A DNA stretch of 64,000 nt. Source: Camelus ferus (Eukaryota). The stretch is taken from the NCBI RefSeq assembly GCF_009834535.1, contig NC_045697.1, positions 116,686,001 through 116,750,000 of the forward strand, given 5' to 3'. Positions 13,646-27,334 of this stretch are shown piece by piece (positions within the stretch are counted from its first letter, which is position 1; every line of letters starts with the position of its first letter). Made by a program: the position numbers and the translations under genes. Below the pieces are notes generated by a model. That model saw nothing but the letters and a program-made list of their open reading frames with translations. It was not told where the DNA came from and did no database searches.

Positions 13646-14504
13646 ACATCAGCTCCAAAGATAACCTTCATTAAGTAGGATACGTTGTCTGAGGATAAAG
13701 TACAGGACAGTGGGTAGACGTTACACTTAACAGCACCACCTCCAGCTAAGATGAATCTTCAGTATGGTAGATTGTGTTTTATTCTTCTCATCTAGAAGAC
13801 TCGGCCTTGTAAAGTATGGCCTTAGGTCAGCCGTGACGAAATCATTCTGGGCTTCTGGAGGTCTTGTCTAATTCTCTACTGTATACCTTTTCTGTGATAT
13901 TTTAATGGTGGGTAGAAACCCATCCCTGAATAACAGGAATAAACCTTTGACTTTTTCTAATCACCTCTTCCAGCAACAGTATCACAGCTGAGCAGGAGAA
14001 TAAAATCATTTCCTAAGACTCCAGTGGGATTTCTCTTTAGAAATCTTTGAGGACAATTTTTCTTTAAATAGAATGAAAAACTTTGCTTTTTTTCCTCATA
14101 AATACTGAATATACAAGGGATGGAGAGACTTTTGTGCCGGAGAGATTTTTGAAAAATTTCTGGAGAAAGCTGAGTGAATTTCTTATGGGTATAATTATTC
14201 AGAAAATATACCAGATTCCTTCCTAGCCAATGACAAGTTAAACTAAGAGCTGCTACTCTAGGAAATGAAAATAGGAAAGGTGGCATAAATCAGTGTTTCC
14301 ACAATTACAAATGTCATTTAGGTGTTCTACCCTGTGTTCATCTGGGTGACTGACTGTTCTCTCAGCTCCCAGCCTCCTGAGTGTAGCTGAGATGATCACT
14401 GCTGGTTCCCAGTTTGAAGATACTTAAGTTTAGAGTGAAACGCAACTGACGTTAGCTCTGAAGGCAATGATGACACTTTTCTTTTTTTTTTAAAAGATTT
14501 AGTT

Positions 14505-14665
14505 TTTTTTCTAAAACACCTTTATTGTGGCATAATTCCCATGCAGTAAACTACACATATTTCAGATGTACAATTTGATGAATTTTGATAGATATATATA
14601 CACTCATGAAACCACCACCTCAATCAAGATAGCTAACATTTCCATCACTCCCCAAGAGGTGCACT
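14505..14665 (-). mobile_element. Ancient L1 3' end (L1MB/ME-like)
   Basis: tttattgtggcataattc...catgaaaccaccacctcaatcaagata...aacatttccatcactcccc. Confidence 0.75.
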
Positions 14666-15139
14666 TTTGACTGCAGAATTTACCTCTAAATTGCTTTAGT
14701 CTCAGAGAGGCTCTGCAGCCTTGCCTGTCCCTTCCACTGTCCCTTGAACTATCCTGGCCCTGAACTATATGACCTTTCACATACTGGCTCCTACCTGCAT
14801 CTCCATTTGCTCTCCAAATGCACAGTTCCTCTGCCATATTGTACTATTTACTGTCACCCCAGCAAGTCTGTATTCTGGCACCATTTGAGGGAGTCCAGGC
14901 ATGGTCTGGGCCTTCTCATCTGAGGCAAAATGGAAAACAACACAAGGGCATAATAAAATGATGAACAAAGAGCGTGAAAAGAATTTTTTCAATAAAGAAA
15001 TACGAAAAACCAAACATAGAAAACTGTAAGATACCTAGGTAATCAAGTGATGCTAATTATAATAAAATATCTATTTCAGCTATCCAGTTGATTCAAAATC
15101 TTAAAACATCTTAGGATTGGTGGTGTGTGATTGTTTTAA

Positions 15140-15650
15140 TGCTACCTGGGTTTGGTTTTCAGCAGGCATGGTGAGACGCAGTCACAGAAGCGACTGTCAG
15201 GGAGGAAGTTTCTCTTACACGCATAATTCCCTATGAACGGGGGGCTAAGGCAAGATGGGCAGGCAGAGAGGGAGAGGAACTGGGGGGTGGGAGCCTTTCT
15301 TGTGGCTTCTGTGGGAAGGACCGGACACGGTAGGCAAGCTGAGAAGGAATGGATCATCTGAATGACTTCTGTGGGCTCTGGACTGTTGAGGGGGCTCCAA
15401 GTGGTCCAGTAACTGGCCTTGGGGTGACTAGGGTGGGGCTTCGTGTTCCCAGACAGTGAGACCCTGATAAAATGAGGCAGATGGGGGTATGACTCAATCG
15501 GTTAGTTTTCATATCAAAGGCATGCTGCCAGGTAAGCCCTTTACTGTCTCTAAGAATTGGCAGACCTGGAACTAGTGTCTCCTCCCATCAGCAAGGCCCC
15601 AGATGCCAGGACATCAAAAATACAGAGAAAAAGAAAATAGAGCTGATATG
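15140..15650 (-). mobile_element. MER74-family (ERVL) solo LTR
   Basis: Reverse complement starts ...tctgtatttttgatgtcctggcatctggggccttgctga...gccaattcttagagacagtaaa, matching the recalled MER74 5' end. Confidence 0.7.
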
Positions 15651-16279
15651 ATGATCACAGACAGTCTCAGATCCACACCGTGAAAAGATTTCTGTCTCGA
15701 ATCTTCTCTGTAGAGAGAAAAAAAGAACTGGGGTTGCTCAGAGAGTCTTGCAAGAAAAGACGTTGGAAGACTTTCATTATCAACAGGAAAACAGATACTT
15801 ACATTGTGGTAGACTCATACAATGGGGTACGAATCAGCAACAAAAAGGAACAGGCTACTGATGTATGTATGTAACCACATGAGGAAATCCCAAAAATCTG
15901 CTGTTCAGCAGAAGCCAAACAAAAAAGGGTGCCCATTGCTTGAAAGTGACCTGTCAGTTCTGCCCATAGTCCACTGGTCAAAGCAACAGTGTCTCCACCT
16001 ATGTTCAACAGGGCAGGGGATGGATAAACATCCCATAGGAGGACAACTGAAAAATCTGAAAACTAATACAGTTTATCACACTTAGATGATGGTATGGGAG
16101 CAATCTCCCTATTATAGAAATTATCACTGTGTGTTTTGAATTGCTATTTTGGGGCCAGATTTTATCTTTTGACTAGGTTTTGGCAATGTAGACTAAAAAT
16201 ACAGTTTTTTTGTTCTTGGTCCTATAATTAAGTGGAATCAATACTCAGTGCCAATCCTTTTGCAGTAATTTTTCCATTC

Positions 16280-17150
16280 ATTCCTTGTTTGGCTGAAGTT
16301 TATCTTCCAGCAGTTTCTTAAGCAAAGATTAATGCAAAGTTTATTCTCTGGATTTTAAAATATTTCAAAGTATTTTTCAGTTGCCTTTATGCTTGAGTGA
16401 CAGTTTGGCTGGGTATAAAATTCTTGGGTTGTACTTTCTTTCCTTGAGGGCTTTGTGGGTGTTATTCTAATGTCTTCCAGCAACGAATGTTTTTTTAGAG
16501 AAGTCAGAGCTGGTAAGAATCATTACTGTACAGGTTACTTGATCATTTTCTTAGATACCTTTCTCTAATTCTGTTTTATTACAGTTGTAAAATGCAGCTA
16601 ACAGTAGTGCCTATCTCAGTGTTATGAGGATTAAATGAAGTACTACATGCAAAACGTAAATGTGAATGATTATTATCATAATTTATTAATATGGGTCCAT
16701 TTTCTTGTGGAAATGTTCTTTTCAATATGTGATTTAATTCTTTTATTTTATTTTACACTTCCTTAATTTATATCTTTTTTTTTTTTCTTTTCTGGTCCTT
16801 TGACTTTCTTCTTTGGTAACATTAGATATGCAAATATTGGATCTCCTTCACCTTTCTTCCTCAACCACTATTTCCTTGATAACATTTTAAAATCTTCATT
16901 TCTTTATTTTACTCAGTTTTGTAAAACTGTGCTCTTAAATGTTTCTGGTTTTTGTTGCACTGCTTCTACTTGGATTCTCCTTTTTGTGATGGATCTTTTT
17001 CTTGTCCTTCTTTCTTGAGTCAGTCTAGTGTATTTTCCATCTTCTATTGTTGTTTTGCATGACTTCTCTGAACTCTAGTACATCTGGTTTGTGTTTTTGT
17101 TTTAGAACAGCACTTCCTTCATGATGTTTTTCATATGTCGCACGTGATAT
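16280..17150 (-). mobile_element. Very old L1/HAL1 ORF1-region remnant, with MIR fragment at ~16580-16680
   Basis: gacagtttggctgggtataaaattcttgggttg...ttctttccttgagg motif; T-rich antisense ORF1 composition. Confidence 0.55.
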
Positions 17151-18225
17151 TTGGCTGCAGTTTCCATTTGCTCCATGTTGTTATTTCTGCAGTAATTAGT
17201 CTACACACCTTTTATTTATTCTCCTTGCTGCTTTCCTCCTTAAAAAATAGATCTTATGTAGCTTTCTTTTTTGTTATTTTTTGGTTTTGTATGAGGTGAA
17301 CTGTTCCTGGATAATCTTTTTTTGCAGGAGAGTTTAAGAGAGGAGAGTGCTGTGATCTGGGCTAACAAGAATTCTACTTAAGACATGGGGCTGTATACAT
17401 TCTTTTAGCTTTTCTTCCTCTCCAGTCAATTAAAAATGGCACTATAGTGTGTTTTTAATTTTCATCTTTGTCTCCCACTCAGATGGTTGCCAAAATATAG
17501 CTTCTCCACGTCTTTCCTAAATTATCTACAGCCGCTCAGATATTCTAGACCTGATGCCAAGTGGGATCCAGAGAGCCTTCCACGATTAGCCTACACACCT
17601 CATTTATCTTATGAAATAGTTCCCAAAAATATCTCAGGACATGACACTCACTGCAGAAAAGCATGTCCAGGTGGCATTTTTGAGCTTTTCAGCTGGACTG
17701 TCCTCTCTTCCTATCTTCCTGTTCTTCTGTCTGACCTTCATGATTTTTTGTAAGCTTCCTTTTGTTTTCTGATTTTGAGGTTCAGATTTCTCTAGTCTAA
17801 TCAAAAATAGATTTATATTTCTGTTTCTCCTATTGTTTCTGGAAGGAGCAATGCTGAATTTATTTCATTATGATTAAATTCCTCTAGGCTAATATTTTTA
17901 TATCTCCATCCATCAAGGTGCCTACTGGAACAAAATGTAAGACTCTTGGTCTGCCCAGGTTGGGCAGTAGTGCATTTTTAAGTAGCAGATTTCATTTTTT
18001 CTCATTATATGTCTGCACATATTCAAATCACTATCTATGTGTCTCTTTATTTAGGAAATAAACTGGGAGGGAAAATTCTAAAATATTGATTGTGATGGTC
18101 TATGCAAGGAAGGAACCGATGAAGTCCAAAGTCTTGTAGGTTTACCAGATTCTAAGAAATTTCTAACTGTTTAGCAGGTTGCAAATGCCAAAGTGAGAAA
18201 GACATACATATGAAAGTCCTAGTGT

Positions 18226-19015
18226 TACACTGTTGGTGGGGATGTAGTTTGGTGCAGCCATTATGGAAAACAGTATGGATATTCCTCAAAAGACTAAACA
18301 TAGACTTGCCATATGATCCAGCAATCCCAGTCCTGGGTATATATCCAGAGGGAATGCTAACTCTAAAAGATACATGCACCCCAGTGTTCATAGCAGCCCT
18401 ATTTACAATAGCCAAGACATGGAAGCAATCTATATGTCCATTGACAGATGATGGGATAAAGAAATTGTGGTATATTTATACAATGGAATACTGCTCAGCC
18501 ATAAAATAGAATAAAATAATGCTATTTTCAGCAACATGAATGGACCTGGAGATTATCATACTAAGTGAAGTAAGTCAGACAGAGAAAGACAAATACCATA
18601 TGGTATCACGTATATGTGGAATCTAAAAAAAAAGGACACAATGAACTTTTTTACAAAACAAAAAGAGACTCACAGACAGAAAACAAACTTACGGTTACCA
18701 GTGGGGAAAGGAGGTGGGAAGGGATAAATTGGGAATTCGAGACTTGCAGACACACACTACTGTATATAAAATAGATAAACAACAAAGCTCTACTGTGTAG
18801 CACAGGGCACTATATTCAATATCTTGTAGTAAACTGTAATGAAAAAGAATATGAGAAGGAATATATGTATGCATATGTATGACTGAAACGCCATGCTGTA
18901 CATCAGAAATTGACACAGCATTGTAAACTGACTCTGCTTCAGTAAAAATACATACATACATACATACATACATAAATACATACGTACACATACACATACA
19001 TACATAAATAAAAAC
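18226..19015 (+). mobile_element. Young L1 3' end (ORF2 C-terminus plus 3'UTR) with (TACA)n tail
   Basis: [21 protein letters not shown]...[17 protein letters not shown] aaagtcctagtgt / aaaatccaagtgt. Confidence 0.95.
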
Positions 19016-19659
19016 AAAATCCAAGTGTGGAGCTGAGTCCAAGGATAGGCAAATCAGGGATGAATTAGTGGTTGGTGTGGGAGGAGAGATGAGGTCAAGA
19101 AGCCCTGTTTATCTTTAAACTTGCATTTCTGAGCCATGTGGGAACACTGTGTGTGGGTGTTTTGGTCTGACCTGAAGGCCATTGTGTCAGGAAGAAACAA
19201 GAATGCCTTAGAGCACGTTCGTTCCTCCATGCCATATGCATCCTGTCAGCCTGGAAATTTCTTACTTATTCTTTAAGGTATAGTTTGAGGATGAGCAGTA
19301 GCTTTCCAGGCTCCTGCCGTCTCCCCACTCCACTTGGGTTTCTCCTTACCTCTCTTTTTGCTTCCCTTGGCTGTTTAAGCATGTCTCAGTTTTAGCCCTT
19401 AGAAGATGCATTTAAATTATTACTTGTTTGTCTGTTTCCTCTTTGCGATTATGAATTCTTTGAAGGTGAGGATTTAATCTTACAATTTCCAGTTCCTAGC
19501 TTGCAACTTGAGATACATTGGATTCTTCTGGAAACTTCATAGCTTTCATGGAATCCTGTTTTTTTTTTTTTTTTTTTTTTTTTTAGTAGTATTAGATGTC
19601 TTGGCATGATGGGTGCTTAGGAGTTCGATAATGGCTAGTTCAAAAGTCTTAAAATTTGT

Positions 19660-20300
19660 ATATATATATTTTTTATTGAACTAGAGTCAGTTTACAATGC
19701 TGTGTCAGTTTCTGGTGTACAGCATAATGCTTCAGTCATAAATGAACATACATATCTTTGTTTTCATATTTTCACCATAAGTTACTATAAGATACTGAAT
19801 AGAGTTCCCTGTGCTGTACAGTGTAACCCTGTTCTTTATTTGATATATAGTGGTCAGTATCTGCAAATCTCGAACTCTCAATTTATCCCTTCGCACCTCC
19901 TTCCCCCTCCAGTAACCATAAGTTTGTTTTCTATGTCTGTGAGTCTGTTTCTATTTTATAAATAAGTTCATTTGTCTTTTCTTAAGATTCCACATATAAG
20001 TGATATTTGTCTTTCTCTGTCTGATTTACTTCACTTAGAATAATGATCTCCAGGGTCATCTGTGTTGCTGTAAATGGCATTATTTCATTCTTTTTTTTTT
20101 TTTTTTTACAGCTGAGTAGTATTCCATTGTATAAATACACCACAACTTCTTTATCCAGTCATCTGTTGATGGACATTTAGGCTGCTTCCATGTCTTGGCT
20201 GTTGTAAATAGTGCTGCTGTGAACATTGGGGTGCATGTGTCTTTTTGAATTAAGGTTCCCTCTGGATATATGTCCAGGAGTGCGACTGTTGGATCATATT
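19660..20300 (-). mobile_element. Young L1 3' end
   Basis: ORF 20080..20415 (YDP...[26 protein letters not shown]); TSD ttaaaatttgtat / ttaaaattggtat. Confidence 0.95.
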
Positions 20301-22324
20301 GTTTAAAATTGGTATTGATATTTAAAATATGTCTACACTTACAGTTTCTATGATTTAAATGCCTACAAATTTTTAATATAATTACAAATATTTTAGTTAT
20401 AAAAGCAGGATTCATTCATTGCAAACCTCCTTGACCATTCTGTGGAAACAATTCTAATGTTCAGGAAAGTTGTAGAGAATAACATCACAGTGTGCAAAAC
20501 TTTCATTGCTCACCCTTCATGAATTTTCCAGTGAATCTGAGGAACTTTGGTTCTACTCTACCTGACTAAAATCCACTTCCTCAGGCCATGCTTAGTTCAA
20601 CAGACCCACTGCAGAGCAATTCTGAGAGTTATTTTCCAATGTTCTGATGATCTGTGATCTGAATATACTAGTATATTCAGCAAAGGTGGAAAGTGTGATT
20701 TGCTGTTACTATAATAAATAACATTTATCGAATGCTTAGTATTGCCAGGTGCTGTGCTAAATAATTTACACAAATTGCTGACTTTGCTTCCCCATTTGAT
20801 TGGTGAGAGAACTAAAATTTGGGGAGGTTAAACAACATGTCTAACCCCGCACCACGAGCAAGTGACCCATCAGTGTCTCCCCAAAGCCTGCATTTTCAGC
20901 CACTACGCTGTTCTGGCTCTGTGAGGATAAATGAAAAATAGTTACTGAATTTGACTCAGACAGATAAAAAAAATTGTCCTTTAATGCTTCTGGTTTTGCT
21001 GATGCAGACTCAAAGTCAGGTCTAGAGAAACTCAGAGGTTTCTTGGCAAATGATACAACTTGACAGAATTTTCCAATTACTATGCAGAGCATCATGGAGC
21101 CAGTCTCAAACTCTGCCAACCTGTGTGCTTGAAACCCCAATTCCTTGTGAAATGGCCGAGGATGTTTTAAAATTGGAAAAAGCTTCAGAAGTCTGGCCTT
21201 CCACGACCTCTTCTGCCTCAATCAGAATGATGGTGCGAGGCTGGGGAGAGCAGAAAGGTGGAGCCCATCTCGTAGCAACAAGGTTCCGTTGCTGGGCACA
21301 GTTGTGTGTGTGTGTGTTTGTGAGTGTGTGTATGTGCCAAATCTCTGATTCTAATTAAAAAAAAAACAATCAAAGATGTTTTGTTTACAACTGAAAAGCA
21401 AGGCACAAATTTAACATGAACATTTTTATCTCTTTTGTTTTGCCGACGCCAGTAAATAGAGACTTTCAGAATTAGAAGTGGCTCAGGTCTTTATGGGAAG
21501 GGATATTGGTTTACAGATTTATATTTGTAATACAAAGTTGAAAACTGTTCCTAATGACCAAGGTGTTTTTTTTTTTAATACCTGGAAACAAAATCTAGGA
21601 CATTCAAACACTCACCCCCAAATTAATTTGGACACATAGATATGGTCTTTTGGATTTTTATACATTAAATCTGAAATGTAATTTGTGGATATAAGGCCAA
21701 GGTGAGAAACTAATCTGACAAATAAAATGGATGGATTTTTAAAAAATATAGCATAACTTTTCTTAAAAACAAGATAGACCGACCCGTGGGCTGTGGTGAG
21801 TGACTCTCTATATTGCTTCTCCTTCTTTCTACTCTATAAATGTGTGTTATGCCTAAACAGAAAAGAAAGGGAGAGAAAGTGGAGGGACGGGAGGAGCAGG
21901 GCATGGGCTACTGTAGCCTGTGTTGCCTTCAGATCCACACAGCACCTCGGGTGTGCGGTAAGCAGCTGTGAGAAAGACAGGTGAGTTCTCACCTCCCAGC
22001 AGTCAGCTCCCCGGGGCAGAGAATAACTAGCAACTCCACGGCTGGCAGCCAGGTGGGCACTTGATGGCAAAGAAAGACCACACAGTGAACGAGATAGTAT
22101 AAAGCCTAGCATAAAATTAGGCCAGAATGTATTTCCACACCTCAGCCTGTGCGATAAACTGGAGTACCCATTTATAGGAGGATTATTAAGGTCTGTATCA
22201 GATCTGCTGTCGTAACTGAATTTTGCTCCGGGATCTACAGAATATGACTAGATTGTTTTTCCAAGCCAAGTACGCCTACTGACTGTAATGAATGTTCTTT
22301 CTGTACTCAGACCCTTGGGAGCTT

Positions 22325-22821
22325 GAATAGACATTTTCCCAAAGAAGACATATAAATGAACAACAAGTACAGGACAAGTTGATTAACATCACTAATCACC
22401 AGGGAAATGCAAATCAAAACCACAGTGAGATGTCTCACACACACGTTGGGATGGTGATTATCAAAGACAAGAGATAACAGATGCTGGTGAGGATGGGAAC
22501 AGGGAACCCTCGTGCACTGTTGGTGGGAATGTAAACAGGTGCAGCTACCATGGAAAATAGTATGGAAGTTCCTCAGGAAATTAAAAATAAAACTAGCAAA
22601 TGATCAGCAATCCCACTTCTGGGTATCTACCCAAAGGAGGTGAAGTCACTGTTTTGAAGAGGTATCTGTACTCCCACTTTCATTGCAGCGTTGTTCACAG
22701 TAGCCAAGATACGGAAACAACCTAATTTGTATCCATTAATGGATGAATGGATCATGAGAATGTGATACATGCTATCTATCCGTCTCTCTCTCTATCTCCC
22801 TATCTCCCTGTCTATCATCTA

Positions 22822-22869
<48 letters not shown>

Positions 22870-23420
22870 CTTACCTACCTACCTACCTATCTAAATTCAG
22901 CATTAAAAAAGAGGGGAATCCTGAAATTTGCAACAACATGAATGAGTCTGGAGGGCATTAAGCTAAATGAAATATGCCAGGCAGAGAAAGACAAATACTG
23001 CATGGTATCACCTATATGTGGAATCTAAAACAAAGTCAAATCATAGAAACAGAGTAGAAAATTGGTTGCCAGGTGCTGGAGTGTGGAGGAAATAGAAAGA
23101 GGTCGGTACCAGGGTACACACGTTCAGTTACAAGATGAATAAGGCCTGAGGATCTGGTGTATAGCATGGTGACTACAGTTGATACCACTGTATTGTAAAA
23201 CTGAAATTTGGTAAGAGAGTAAAGCTCAAATGTTCTCACAAAAAAAGGGTAAATAGGTGAGGTGATGAGTGTGTTAATCGTCTCACAACGTATATATATA
23301 TCAAATCATCATGTTGTACACTTTAAATATCTTACAATTGTATTTGTCAATTATCTTTCAATAAAGCTGATAAAATACCCAATTGGAAAATTTGTAAAAT
23401 GGAAAAAAATTATAAAACAA
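22325..23420 (+). mobile_element. L1 3' end, older (L1MA-like) 3'UTR type
   Basis: ORF2 C-terminal DNA (gacattttcccaaagaagacata...gaaatgcaaatcaaaaccaca) plus 3'UTR; TSD acccttgggag / acccctt-aggag. Confidence 0.9.
22774..22892 (+). repeat. Compound (TCTA)n/(TCTG)n/(CCTA)n microsatellite inside L1
   Basis: Directly visible tetranucleotide repeats. Confidence 0.9.
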
Positions 23421-23499
23421 AAAACCCCTTAGGAGTTAGTGTAGGACTGTAGTAAGAATACATGAAAAACTGAGTCATTCAGTCAGCTGCTATTTCCTG

Positions 23500-23860
23500 G
23501 ACTCCTATCGGTTCAGATCTTGTCTCCGGCACTCACTGGTGGTCCATCTCAGGCAAGTTTCTCCACCTTTCCATCCGGCGGCTTCCTCGTCTGCAAGGCG
23601 GGGATGATAACCTCTGTTCTGCTACAACACGTGTTGGTGTGACACAGACGGACTGGATCATGACTGGCCAGGGAGGGGACACGGCGGGGAAGATGCAGTC
23701 TTCGGCGCTGGTGCAGGAGAGCACGTTCACGCTTTGCGTCCCTCAGCAGCGGCGGCGGCGGAGCTCGGAGCGCAGGGAACTCCCGGGCGCGCAGGGCTGT
23801 GACTGGTGCAGACCTGCCCCATCTTCCCGGGTTGGTGGAAGTCCAGACAACCGCACGTTT
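23500..23860. promoter_or_regulatory. Small CpG-rich patch overlapping a GC-shifted MIR
   Basis: cagcggcggcggcggagctcggagcgcag...cccgggcgcgc; MIR-like ttcctcgtctgcaaggcggggatgataa. Confidence 0.4.
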
Positions 23861-25639
23861 GTTTTCTCTAGCATTTCTGCAGCGTTTCTTCTACGTTATT
23901 GACATAAACTATCATTTCTTTAATTATTAGGTATTTCTCACATTCTTTAAACATGCTATTGTAAATTAATTTTATGAGTGCTGTGCTTAGAAAATTGAGT
24001 ACTCTTTGAATGGTCTCCGTTGAACCCTATGTCCACCACACACCCTGCTAGTTTTACTGCAAAATTTTGCAGAATGTGATGTTTTTCAGGAACTTGTGTA
24101 GTGCATCTTAGTATCTACTGAGTAATTCAGAGTGTAGATCTCATAGAATGTTTTTGGCGGATCGAATGGGTTAATACAGGAATAATCTCTGATGCCCCCA
24201 CTCCTCACTGGGTTCTCAGCACTGTTCTGGACACTTAACCTGCAAATGTTAGATAAAGCTGGTTCTCCACAATAAATACTTCTTATCAAAGGCAACATTG
24301 AACTAATTTACATGCTCATGGTGCCTGAGTCAGAAGCACAGATTATGCCACCACATAACTTAGGGGCGAGGAGGGACACACCAAAGACATTGAATATTTG
24401 TATATGCATTATGATAATTTCCTGGTGGATGGCAGTGCAGTGCCTTGTTTTAGCAAAATCATACCTTCGGATGGTAGTAAACTGTCTTGAGGAAGAGGGG
24501 CCCTGTCTGAGTAGAGCAGAGGGGCCCCAGCAAAGAACCTGCCATGAAGTCTTCTTCGCTCATATAAGCCTCCATTGATGGTCAGATCTCAAAATACAGG
24601 AGTATAACATGTATTTACATTTATTTAAAAATTGTGGGTAGTTACCTCATGCATAATCATGGCCTTTTAGTAGAGGCAAGCTGTGACATTGAGACAAAGG
24701 GAGCCCCAGCGCTTTTCAGTTTGCCTGAGTAATTTCCTTCTGACACAGATTAACTCCGATTCCATTTTCTGCATGAAGCCTTTTCTTTTTCGTCCTGAAG
24801 AAAATGAATTGTCCTTTCTTCTTGACTCCTACGGTTCTTTGCTTTGATCTCAATTAAAGCACTTAATTCAACTCGCCAGCATGAAACGAAATGATTCATA
24901 TACCAGCCCCTGTCTTCAGAATATAAGTTTCATGAAGAAAGCGTTGCGTCTTACGTTCCATTGAATGTATGCATTCATTTATGCATCTGTGCACCCATTC
25001 AACAAACATTTATTAAACTCCCTTTATTTGATTTTATTTCATTTATTCAGTGTTCTCATGGAGGTTCCGATCTCTGGGGCAGAGAGAGAAGGAAGTCTCT
25101 GATTTAGGACTCAGTGAAGTAAGTGCAGTGGAGACGAGGTTCAGGGTGCTGTGGGGGCACGCAGGGGTCCTCTAACTCAGACACGCATTCACATTCATGA
25201 ACTGTCACTAACTCTTAAGGCTCAAGGAAAACCCAAACTATCTGGCCCTTAGCGCAATACAAAGAGGGCATATTATGATGCCCTCTTTGAATTTATCCAG
25301 AACTTATCCTGGACTCTTTCTAGTATGGCTACTTCTCAAGAATGTTCTGAGGAAATGTTGAGATTCAGAGACAGCTCTTCCTTCCTGAGCAGGGAGTATG
25401 GAAGACGGTGGATTGGTAAGGGGGTTGTTGGCCATCACTGAAGAGAATTGTATGTTCACACACTTGTGACAGACATGGGATTTTACAGGAGCCATAATTC
25501 CCTGCTATTTCATTTAAGGAAAATGTGCATCACTAGAAAATATTTTAGTCTTTTCAGACTCCTTTGCAACTCTGGATAGCAAATTGTTATAATTTGGCCA
25601 AGTAAAAATAAACATCAGTCTGCTAGAGATTTCTGGAAG

Positions 25640-25935
25640 AGCTGTTGCTTTTCAGATACTGCGCATTTCCTCCCCTCACCCCTGCCCCCATTTTCTTTGT
25701 GCCTGGAACATAGGTGTGAGGCTGGAGGTGGAGCAGCCACCTTATGAACATGAGGAGAGGATGACAACCACATGCAAAGTAGAAAGATGAGGAGAACTGG
25801 GTCTGTGATGGCATTAATGCATAGATGTATCAGTCTCCAAATTTCATGTGATGGGAAACAAATAGACCCCCATGTGTTTAAGCCTCTTGTACTCAGGCTT
25901 CTTGCTGCTTGCTGTTTAACAGATTTCTAATGACC
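25640..25935 (+). mobile_element. MaLR LTR (old MLT1, MLT1J-like)
   Basis: tgcctggaacataggtgtgaggctggaggtggagcagccacctt...tgtttaagcctc...ttctaatgac. Confidence 0.65.
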
Positions 25936-27334
25936 CCAGCTATCAGTTGTAACCTTTTAGAGCCTTTTAGAAAATGAGTTCTACATTTTTATGCCCTCCT
26001 CCCTGCTTTCTGGAAATCTGGAGTAATGAAAATAGATGCTTTCCTGTGTTTTTTAATTATTTCATTATGTATATGGGATGCTTGATTATATGTTGGAAGG
26101 AAGCTGACTGTGTATTTGCAAGAAGAAGATAAACATGAAGGAAGCAGAGCCCATTCCATTTTAATTTTATAGCACAATCTCTGCTCCGAAATTCTGGTAC
26201 CTCCAATTATAATTTCACACTTGAAATCCCACCAGTGCACACACATGTACACTCCTACAGTTTTCTCCTTCACCTGTCACTTGTATTCCCATAATTATAA
26301 AGACAATATATAACACAATGATAACTGGGAAAAGAAGTTAATTTTGCAGATCAATGCTTTATGAAAAAAGGAAAAAAAATATATTCCTGAAGATGAAGGA
26401 CAAACCAATCTGTTAGCAATAAATATTTTAACATTTGGAAAGTAAGAAATTACTGTCTTAATATATATGCAGACTCTCTTTTCAGAAACTTTAAGACCCT
26501 GGTCCTATTTATTAAGAGGTTGAGAGAAAGGTGAGAATTTGTACCATGTTTGAGCATTGATAAAATGAACTTCAGTCTCATCTACATACATAAAGAATAT
26601 GAAAGGACATTGGAAACTATAAAGTACGAAAATAGCTATAAATGTTGTTATATCCAGTGGACAAACAGGTGTCTTCACAAAAAGCCTGTCGAGTCAAACA
26701 TTCTGCTAGTAAAATCAACAAAAATCACTGCAGATTTTTTCACAAGAGTTTTAAAATTAATTCTTCTGACAACCCTGTGAAATAGGCATTTCAACCCATT
26801 TTACAAAAGAGGAAACAGAGGTTTGAAGAGTGTGAAAGGAGGGTTGTGGGGGTAATTGCAACCTAAACTCTCAAGTTTCCTTTCTCTCCACCATTACCAG
26901 CTCCAGGCTATCTGCTTGTCCTAAAGTAAAGAGCCCTGGGGTCCGTGGGGAGGAAGGCTGAGAGCAAGGGGTGTTATGACGTTAGCTAGAGGTTTTCCAG
27001 AGATGCTTTTCATCTCGTTATGAAACTTCTCTCTTACTTTATCTCACTCTTTGTTTCTCAGAGGTTTGCTTTTGTTTGTTTTTTGTGTTTGTTTTTTAAA
27101 ATCATGGATAGATGCTGGATGTTGTCAAAACCTTTTTTTTTAAATCCATTAAGGTGATCGCAAGGTTAATTTTACTGCATTGATATGGTGAATCATTGTG
27201 TATGATTTTTGAATGTTGAACCAAACTTGCATTCTTAGGATACATGCCCCTTAGTCCTGAAGTGCTAGCGTTTTATATTTTTATTTTTGGAAAATAATTT
27301 GTTAACACTTCAGGATCCTTTAAAATTTTACTTT

